In this document: one piece after another, positions 55,801 through 64,000 of the stretch
How the letters are laid out: each line of letters begins with the position of its first letter
How positions within the stretch are numbered: position 1 is the first letter of the stretch
From: Pseudovirgaria hyperparasitica
Taxonomy: Eukaryota
Length of the DNA: 64,000 nucleotides
Strand: one strand, 5' to 3'
NCBI GenBank assembly: GCA_010093815.1
Contig: ML996576.1
The notes under the pieces: generated by a model
Told to the model about the DNA's origin: nothing
Seen by the model: only the letters and a program-made list of their open reading frames with translations
Databases searched by the model: none
Translations under genes and position numbers: made by a program

Positions 55801-57665
55801 CTACCATGGGGGTGTCAAGCTTGTCAACAGATTCTCCGCTTGAAGCTCGTCTTGATAGTTGGGGAATAATCGGTCAATAACATCAGCGATCCACCGAATG
55901 GTGTAACGCACTGTGAAATGTGCCTTTGTGTATTCCCAATATTCCGGATACCAGCCGGCACACTCCCAGTCAACTATGCCTGAGATTCTCCCATTGTCGT
56001 CGACAAGAACATTCAGAAGGTTGAGATCCGCGTGGGTAAAAAAAATACTATGACTTTTGTTATGTGCTTTGGAAATCGTAGATAGGTCATTCTCAGTAAG
56101 TGGCGGTAGATCATGGGTTAAGTATCTGTTGAATTCGGGTTCATCCAGAAACTTTAGCTCTTCCCGCTGAGAGTCACCAATCCGCCAGTCTTGGATTCCG
56201 CCCCCAAGTGCATTGCATATCTGATATTTTGACCTTGTTTGGTTTGGGATACGTCGTAGCTGGCTTATGTATCGTCGCAGTTCTTCCTCAACGGAGTGTA
56301 CATTCTCATCCGTCATTGTAGAGAACATTAGACCGATTCTCTGTCCAGGGCACCGAGACATAAGCAGAAATGATGACGCGCCATAGTGAACAACGTCAAT
56401 TCCCCTTGGTGCAGGGATCTCAGTATACTTTTCAACAAGCTGAAGTGATCGCATTTCTGCCTGATGCTTCGAAGCCCAGTTCATTTGTCCTACTCGCAGG
56501 TAGAGGTTGAAGGGAAGTCGATACGTGCGATCAGACCCAGTGTGACCGTAGAGCATAGATCCGATTGATGCGAGACATTTGTAGGTAAATGCGCGAACGA
56601 CACCGGGAAGGGAGACCCACAATCGGTGGAATAATCGATTCATAGACGAACAGAGCCACGTAGAGATTGGGAAAAGCTGCTTAGACGACCTTGCCGTTTG
56701 TGATTCTGATGCCTTTGGTAGATGGATTTTCTCTGCCATATATTCAGATGCGTCCAACCATGCTAGAGCATCCGCAAACCGATGATGAGTCTCAAGAAGA
56801 TCTGGATCTGGAAGAGAAGTAACGTTGGGATTATGATTCATGAAGTCCGCGGACGACTCCGTATCAACTGGAAGCCCAGGAATGCGAATGTTGCATGATA
56901 TTAAGTATCGAACCTGTTTGCATTAGGATACCTTTATAAAACAAGATGTAACAATTACCTGGCCCTCCAAGTCTGATAATAATCCGCTTTGTAGAGAAAC
57001 CCTGCCATGTCTGAAATGGTCAAACATTTGTGGCGACAGTAGTAGCACTTGGCTGGATTTGGAGTTAATATTTGTCTGACCGACGAGCGTGCACAGTTTC
57101 TGTACGTTGGCCTCCCCAATAAAGGCTATGAGCATTTCGCGGAGAGGTCGCTGTCACGACATGAGAATGGTGCGACATAGGTGATCAGGAAGACTTACAT
57201 TTTCGACAACGTCGATGTTCAATAAAAATTGCGGGGAGAGGATGTAGACCAGTAGAAGCTTGCTGTCGTGTCCCTCTTCGTCCTGAGCATTCGAAATACA
57301 ACAACGAGCCGCGTCTCTCAGCTGAACGTGTCGAAGAAATGGTAAATCCGAATCTGAGCATAGAATTGGGCGTGCTAACACAGGTCAGAAGAGGGATTCT
57401 TTTTCTATTATCACAACGAACTTTCTCTGAGAATACTGATCCAGCGATTGAAGACAGTAACGGGGTCCTGCGCAGAGACTTGCGCGAGAAAGTATTGTGA
57501 TGCGATGTCTTGATCGGTAGCGCGTTGAATAAAGCTACTCATGATTGCTCGCTGGGGGTGCGGGAACGATTCGGCGATTGAACAAAGCGCCTTGAGCTCG
57601 GTAGATGATGCATTTGGGTAATAGCGTGTAGAGGCACTACCAGAGATATGCAAGGGTGAACCCAT
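55801..57665 (-). CDS. degenerate HNH-like domain fused to aminoglycoside-phosphotransferase (APH)-like kinase, ~574 aa
   Basis: Exons 57665-57422, 57374-57199, 57150-56959 and 56913-55801 join in frame via GT-AG introns; kinase motifs FTHADLNLLNVLV and IVDWECAGWYPEYWEY; HNH_2-like scaffold RDAARCCIS...LPDPDLL..H. Confidence 0.8.
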
Positions 57666-58290
57666 GTTTATTTTCGTAACCTACAGAAATACAGGAGATG
57701 AACGAGGAGTGGGCGGAAAGCGGGTATATAAAGCCACTAGTGGGCGACCAAATCTTATGTCAGCGCACGCAGACGTTGCCCAGTAATGTCTAATAGCAAC
57801 CTTCGACACGAGTTCCCTCACCCCTATCGATGTCCTTGATTGTGGATATGGCCATTGACATTGCACGTCCAGTGGCAAGCCCATTCCCGACGACTACTGC
57901 GGAGCCTACTGAGCGATGTTCATCGCAGAGCCTGGAGGTTTTTACACGCCTAATGCTGTAAAACGCGTTACAAAGAGATTTTGGCCCGTGATCCGTCCAA
58001 GTTTGCTCAAAGACGCGCCTTAGGGACGAGGCTGCCTAGAAACATACAACACACCCAGTCCAGCTGAACCATTTGATTGGAAAATGCCAGTGATGATGCA
58101 TCCCGCTACGCGGGCCAAGCAGGCAGACAGCGCTTATTAGGGCGTAGCAAGACTTGCCTCGAAGGTATAAGAAGGCTCACCTTAACCATTCTCGAACTCG
58201 TATCTCATCTCCTTCCAACCTGAAAATCTCCAATCATCTATTCCTCGCGGAAAATGTTCTCCTCAGCTCATCTGATCTATTCATCATAAC

Positions 58291-58794
58291 ATGTCGACCG
58301 TCATTGCAGAACTGGAGAACTACTCCATCTATATTATACTCAGCCTTCGAGGCGCAGAGCATGGTTTCCATTGGGGCATCTTCGTACCCACGGAGAAACC
58401 TGCGGGCGAAGTATGGCACGCCGTTAATAGAAGCGGCGGATGGAGTTTGGAGCAGAAGACTACGACAGGTGTTCCGTATTCGCAGAGTCTTTGCCTTGTA
58501 TTCAAGGTTGGAGTTGTGAGCAGCCAGACGTGGACAACGCTTCGTACGACTTTAGGAAACGTCCCGAGTGTCGGACAGCCATCACGCAATACAGGAGAGG
58601 CGTTCACGTGCAGAGTCTGGGTCAAGGATGCGTTACTGGCGCTCCACAACGCAAACGTCATCCAACTGGTCCAGGCTATCGCTACTATAGAATCTAATGC
58701 AATTCGAGAGGCTGAAGGGCGTCGGAGTGATATTGAACACGGTACTAAGAAAGCATTAATAAAGAATCGATCAGGGGCTTCGACCATGTCATGA
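58291..58794 (+). CDS. small permuted papain-like (His-before-Cys) protein, DUF6914/DUF6540-like
   Basis: Intronless 167-aa ORF with AACATG start and a TATA-like element at about 58166; motifs FHWGIFV, WHAVN...W and FTCRVWVKDALLAL. Confidence 0.7.
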   Translation: MSTVIAELENYSIYIILSLRGAEHGFHWGIFVPTEKPAGEVWHAVNRSGGWSLEQKTTTGVPYSQSLCLVFKVGVVSSQTWTTLRTTLGNVPSVGQPSRNTGEAFTCRVWVKDALLALHNANVIQLVQAIATIESNAIREAEGRRSDIEHGTKKALIKNRSGASTMS

Positions 58795-59095
58795 GATACC
58801 ACCTAGCAGGGTAAAGCAAGAGACACTAGGTCAGACTTTCTGCTGGTACCACGAGAGATGGAGAATGGATGTTAGTGTGTTTGAACGGGGAGACAAGCCT
58901 TAAATGAAGTTGAACGTATCAATTGACTAGTCCCAAAGCACACTTAGAATTATGACGTTTCATCCATCACGAAGTCAGTCTGTCTCTCACCCGACAATTG
59001 GGAAGTGCTACTAAAGTATAGACACAATAGATCAAAAGAATCAGCTTCATTAATATTGCAAAAGTCAAAAGGCCCTGTTAAGATCGCTTGCCTGC

Positions 59096-59200
59096 AAACC
59101 TGCGGGCGAAATATGCCACACAGTCAATGACAGCGGCTTGTGGGATCTTGAGCACAACACTACGACTGAAGTTCCATATCCGCTGAGTCTCTCTTTAGTG
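59096..59200 (+). pseudogene. 5' fragment of a decayed tandem copy of the 58291-58794 gene
   Basis: Ungapped match to 58396-58490 at offset +700; 72 of 95 positions identical by manual count. Confidence 0.85.
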
Positions 59201-59374
59201 CACCTTTCGATCTGGATACCACAAATCTCGATGCACTCTTCCTGCACCGGGACCGCCCGTACCTTTTTGAATTACAGTGTCTATTGCGGGGAGCTGCCCG
59301 GTCCCGATCGCCCCATGTCTTGATGCGCCATGTGCTTTCCTGTGCCTGCCTGATCGAACACAATGAAGCAGTGT

Positions 59375-60693
59375 CTACCTGGGCACTTTGAATTCGATAG
59401 GTTTAGGAGGTCTATAATCCGTTTCAGCCAGTTCACCAAGCCATGCTTTCCTGTCATTATCATCAAGCTTATACCCTAAATCTCCCATAAGCGCGAGTGC
59501 GCCAAAGTATGCTATACATTCTTATTAGCGCACTGTGAAAGTCAAATCACACGCGTAGTACGTACCATAGCTCGCTGAATTTTTAAAAACTTGTTCTGAG
59601 TCCATTCCTGGTAATTAGCCAACTAGACGTAGGGTCCAATGGTTCAACTAATGTAAATCGGTAAGCGCCCGCTCTACATAGCGCTAACTTGGTGCAACTT
59701 ACTTTCATAATATGTCTTGAAGTATTGGACTTGCGTGAGCTGAGTGAGCACCATCATGCTAGGATAAGTAGCTAGCTGTTGCTTCCCGAATATCTGCTCA
59801 ACATTTGGCTCAGGATCTGAATCCGGCCCTAAATCGAACCCTGACTCTGAATCTGAATCTGAATCTGAATCTGACCAGGGTCCATCTTCAAAAGCCATAT
59901 ACGAGAGTGAGTATTTTGCCCAGTTCTGCTCTGGATCTTTGGTTATCGTCGTAATTGTAGCGTTGGGCACCGGTGTGCAGAGGGTGATGGTGCTAGCCCA
60001 AGGGTGACCCCGTTCCAATAAATAATTGTTAATATTGTAGGTCTTTGCCCAGGTATATGGGTCTTCGTTCACTGCATAACCCCGATCCTCATCTTTCCTA
60101 CAGGCAGGCCTACCAATTGTAATAAACTTATGCACCACATCACCCTTGATTTTGATCTTATTCTCGGGCAATTTATCACGCCATTCTTTGCTCTCCGCCG
60201 ATATGTACGAATTCGGAATGTAATGTCTCGGCGGGGCATTATCTAGGAACCTTCTATCGGGAGACTTTTCCCAGCGATCATCGTTGTCGCAGTAGAAATG
60301 TGTATTAGATTCGGCGTGTATATTCGCGGCTGCAGTACCGATAGCGTTCAAAACCGAAAAGACGCGATCGTATCTCTTCAAATTTACCTTACCCCTAGGG
60401 TCGGTAGGGTCGGTCTGAAAGATAAGTTTGAAAGCGCGTGCGATGTCCTCGTCGTCGGATTTTGGATCGTCAACCCAACTCTTCAGACGGAACGAGGCTC
60501 GTTTTGCCATGAGAATCGCCTCTTGAATAGCATCGATTATGGCTGGCAACTGGTCACAATTTCTATCGGTGGACCACTGAATGACTGGTGTCGGTGTTGG
60601 GTGTTCCACAAACGTAGGACCAGGTAGGGGGTATCGAGCGAGAGACCGTGTAATTAGCAGACAAGCCAAAAAGGTGAATTTTAGAGAAATCAT
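59375..60693 (-). CDS. secreted zincin/M35-like protein lacking the HExxH motif
   Basis: Signal-peptide-like MISLKFTFLACLLITRSLA; M35-like scaffold (AIQEAILMAKRA, FKLIF, FYCDND, ITLC). Two further exons beyond the ORF-track stop give KNSASY-AYFGALALMGDLGYKL (donors at 59702 and 59565). Confidence 0.65.
59843..59874. repeat. (TCTGAA)n coding microsatellite (Ser-Asp run)
   Basis: tctgaatctgaatctgaatctgaatctga encodes SDSDSDSDSES on the minus strand. Confidence 0.85.
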
Positions 60694-60939
60694 GTTGAGC
60701 GTAGGAGAGACGATGCGACATCCTAAGAAATTAATGGAGAGAGTAATAGGGAAGTGTTATACTATATATCGCGTTATCTCATTGAATCATCTTCTGTCGA
60801 TGCTTTTGATCGTGTGGAAGTGCATAGGCCATGCCGTTATGCTATGATCCTTTAGCTAGAATACACCTGAGAACCATAATTAATATAAGCATTGTAACGA
60901 AACATGCTGCTCCTTGTTACTCAAAATAGTAGAATGATG

Positions 60940-61240
60940 AGTGATTTTTCTGCAAGAGGATTCTCTTCCTGAAAATTCCCTGTTGTGGCCAGCCGCAGAT
61001 CCATGCTGCAACAGGGGCTGACACAGTCCGTGTCCAACCCCTCCTAGTAGTATTGGCGTTTCATCTCTATACATAGTCATAATATGTCATCTCTAGATAT
61101 AGGAATGACATGTCCTCTATTCTAACTATAGAGTATTAATATTAATATACTACTCCTAATCTCTAATAAGAGCGATATAAAGCACCCCGCTACAAGACTT
61201 ATACATATACGCCCTATAAAGTAGTCTATGTACGGTGATT
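60940..61240 (-). pseudogene. AT/TpA-rich relic, possibly RIP-degraded ankyrin repeats
   Basis: Minus-strand fragments ETPILL..GH..CQPLLQHGS, ISLLLE and NRGHV resemble the ankyrin consensus; many TAG/TAA stops. Confidence 0.3.
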
Positions 61241-61461
61241 GCGGATTTACTTTACCTTCTATTACCGATCTGAGGATAGGTTAATAAGTCTAGCTATCAA
61301 ATACGCCGGGAGGTACCAGTATCTGACATGCACCCGTGCAGACCGTGGACCCCTAAGCTTCCCAAGAACCTTACCACGACGTGTCACAGAGCCAGAGATT
61401 TCAGTAGTCAGAAGTTAGAAATCAAAAGTCTCTGTAGCCGTAATTCACACAGGCACCACTG

Positions 61462-61584
61462 AGTACACGTGATTTGGCCGATTTTGACTGTTTTTGACCT
61501 CGCAAGCTTCAAAACAACACTTAGTACACGTATGTTTGACTGATTCTGACTAGGTTTAACCTCGCAGACCATAAAACAACACTT
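61462..61584. repeat. two imperfect ~61-bp tandem units
   Basis: agtacacgt...ttgactg...acctcgca...aaaacaacactt occurs at 61462-61522 and 61523-61584. Confidence 0.8.
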
Positions 61585-61589
61585 GATAC

Positions 61590-61924
61590 TCTCTGCCTTG
61601 CATTCAAGGTTGGGACTGTTGAGCAGCCAGACTGCACAACACTTTCTACAACTCTGCCAAAAAGAAAAACCTCCCCAGTGTCGGAGAGCCATCGCGCATA
61701 TACCGAAGAGGCAGGCGTTCACGTGCAAGAGAGTCCAGGGTGCAAGGATGCGTTTGCTGGCGCTCCACAACACAACGCAAACATCATCCAACTGGTCATG
61801 GCTATCGCAAGCATAGAATCTGGTGTAGTTCGCGAGGCGGAAAATCATAGGACTGATGTTGAGCAGGACACCAAACAAGCATTCGTTTAATGAAAATCGG
61901 CCGGGGGTTGCGACCACGTCATTG
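61590..61924 (+). pseudogene. 3' fragment of a decayed tandem copy of the 58291-58794 gene
   Basis: Colinear with 58488-58796 (shared ttcaaggttgg, gagcagccagac, ggcgttcacgtgca, ctggcgctccacaac, tcatccaactggtc); several small insertions cause frameshifts. Confidence 0.88.
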
Positions 61925-62521
61925 AGCAAGAAAATTGGGACAAGGGTGAGGGAGTGGGAGATGAACCTTGTTGTTTGGAGGGGTAGGTAGTCAAGCGTCA
62001 ATAAAATAACCTAGCATATATAGAGAGGATATCAGATATCGCTCATGGAACCTACTCCGTGACGCAAGCTCTAACTCTGACGAAATGGTCATGAGCCATC
62101 AATACTCATGCTTTTACGGTCACCTGTAACAGAATGTGACAGGTGCTGGTAATATAGACAAAGCTGTTATTGTTGTTGTTGTTGCTGCTGTCCAGACAAT
62201 CACAGCTCCAAAACGAGGGAACAGCTCGGGCGCCTAATTAATTAGCGGGGAAGTTCATTAATCACCCCTAGCTTCGGGAGCGAGGTCCGATGTCGATCCC
62301 CCAAAATAGTCACGTCTCTCACCAGGTCCACGTTGAGTGCATATACCAAAGCGTAGAGTATCCGACTACGCGCGGGAGGTGCCGTTGGGCTACCTGATGA
62401 TTGAGCTAAAATTACACATGACCCCCCTATACGCCACATGTCTCGTCTCCATCGCCTAGAAAACCACCCAATGCTGCGCTGGACACAGGAGATTCGTTGC
62501 TCGGAGGCTGCCGACGAGCGC

Positions 62522-64000
62522 CTAGTCGCCGTCATCGCTGGTAGGCTTGTACATGATGGTAGTGAGAAACTATGGTCTGTTAGCCTGGATACGCAAAGGG
62601 TACATACTGTACGATACGGCCTTACCTTCCTTTTGTAACGAATCGTCGCAGAAGTTGCGAGAACGTTGGAGCGGATGCTGCTGGTGGCGAGATGATTGAG
62701 GACAGTGTGATTTGGGTATGTGAGGACAGAGTTATCGTCTTTCATTGGGGTCTGGCCGTTGAGGATACTCTTGTTAAGGAACTGCGGGAGCGTGGGTGGG
62801 GCAGGAAGAGATCCCATGGCTTCAGTGGCGCGGGCAAAGCGAGACGAGTCTTCGGGTGCATCGAGGTCGAGCAAAAAGCGTGGAATTGTAGAGTGGTATT
62901 TCTTTGGCGCAGCAGGAACGACGGGTGCAGGCTTCGTGCTGTGGGCTGGGGCCTCGGGGACCTTGAGGCCGGCGGGGGCGACTGGAGAGTTTTTAGGGAC
63001 AGAGGTGGAATGATAGGCAGCGCGGCTGGTAGGAGAAACGGCTTGATCGTGGGCGTCGGAGACGGGCTGCTTGCCTTCGGCTTTGGAGAGCTCGGAGGCT
63101 GCGGTGTGGTCTGCGCCTGGGTCATCGGGAGAGACTTCAATATAGTTGACGAGACTGTTGGTGAAGTCGACGGTGGCGGGGAGCTGATTGCTGATCTGCA
63201 TGTCCCCATCGACGATGAACTTCAAGTGATGAGTTCCGGGAAGAAGAGGAATGGTAGTCGAAAGGACATTGCTATTCGGACTTGGGCCGCTGTAGCAAAG
63301 CTATGTCAGTAAATTTACCAAGGAACGACAGTCGCGCGAGACGCCACCCACAGCTAAGACAGTCTGTCGCAACACCACCAAGCTCGCACAAGTGGCTCCT
63401 CGCCCGTATAGGAGGGAGGGCTGACTGCACGAGAGAGGGGTAGTTACATTGCAGCTAGCGACTGTGTAACGTAGCAAGAACACGAGTAGAGGAAACACTC
63501 ACTTTGGATGAAGCTTGAACTTCCTGTCCCAATCTGCAAAGGTACCGGTCACGTAGACCTTTTCACCCTCGCCATTCCACTCCAGAAGCGTGTTGACCAC
63601 ATGGCGACCCTCTTGTTCGGTAGGTAAGAAGTCGTCTGCCACACTCTCGTCGTCCTCGTCTGGCCTGCTCAGGTCGGAAGTATTGCGCAAAAGTGGCACG
63701 TCGTCGATCTGGGCGATAGGAGCGCCTGCGGAGAGGTCGGCAGGTGTGATGATGGGCGAGCCTGGAGTGTGAAGCTCCTCGGCGATGGGGAGAGGTACGC
63801 GCGGAGGCTGATGGAAGGTTGAAGGCGGAAGATACTTGTCGGGGGCGGTCGCGTGAGGGTCATTCTGAGGTTGCGAAAGTTTCGAGGCGTTTGACTGAGG
63901 GACATTCAGAGGCTGCGAGCTGACAGCAGGAAGCGGCGAAGGTCTGCGGGCGGGCGAGGCAGCCTGGACGGTTGTATCCCTTCTGGTCTTCTCTCTTGGG
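62522..64000 (-). CDS. GAL83: SNF1/AMPK kinase complex beta subunit (3' part; start outside window)
   Basis: PPRVPLPI, carbohydrate-binding module GEKVYVTGTFADWDRKFKL...HHLKFIVDG, ASC domain PPTLPQFL..SILN...DDNSVL..PNHTVLNHLATSSI...RYKRKFLTTIMYKP. Confidence 0.93.

Noticed and set aside
59205..59225. GATCTGGATA resembling part of a TPP riboswitch
   Set aside because: The GCTGAG and TAATACCAGCG elements are absent and there is no thiamine-gene context.
61084..61111. Short hairpin ATGTCAT...ATGACAT
   Set aside because: A 7-bp stem in AT-rich DNA is expected by chance.
54150..62200. Starship or other autonomous mobile element
   Set aside because: No tyrosine recombinase, transposase, reverse transcriptase, LTR pair or terminal inverted repeats recognised.

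Overview
Eukaryotic DNA from a filamentous ascomycete (Pezizomycotina, probably Dothideomycetes; short GT-AG introns with CTRAC/CTAAY branch points). Most of the window is housekeeping genes: the 3' part of a YCF1-type ABCC transporter, a DUF2841 protein, SAC3, LYS9, SEC15, RPL28, a DUF2015 protein, SF3B4/HSH49, TOM7, BUD31, NDUFA6, RPC19, POS5 and the 3' part of a SNF1/AMPK beta subunit. Two accessory stretches interrupt them. The first (about 35.6-50 kb) holds one intact but diverged Mei2-like RRM gene and a small orphan gene among decayed gene relics. The second (about 54.2-62.2 kb) holds a head-to-head pair: an apparently inactive HNH-like domain fused to an APH-type kinase, and a small His/Cys permuted papain-like protein. 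A decayed tandem copy of the latter follows, apparently split by a ~2.4 kb insertion carrying a secreted zincin-like protein whose HExxH motif has become TQLTQ. No tRNA, rRNA, CRISPR array or intact transposase was recognised. All family assignments come from motif recognition by eye, not database searches.
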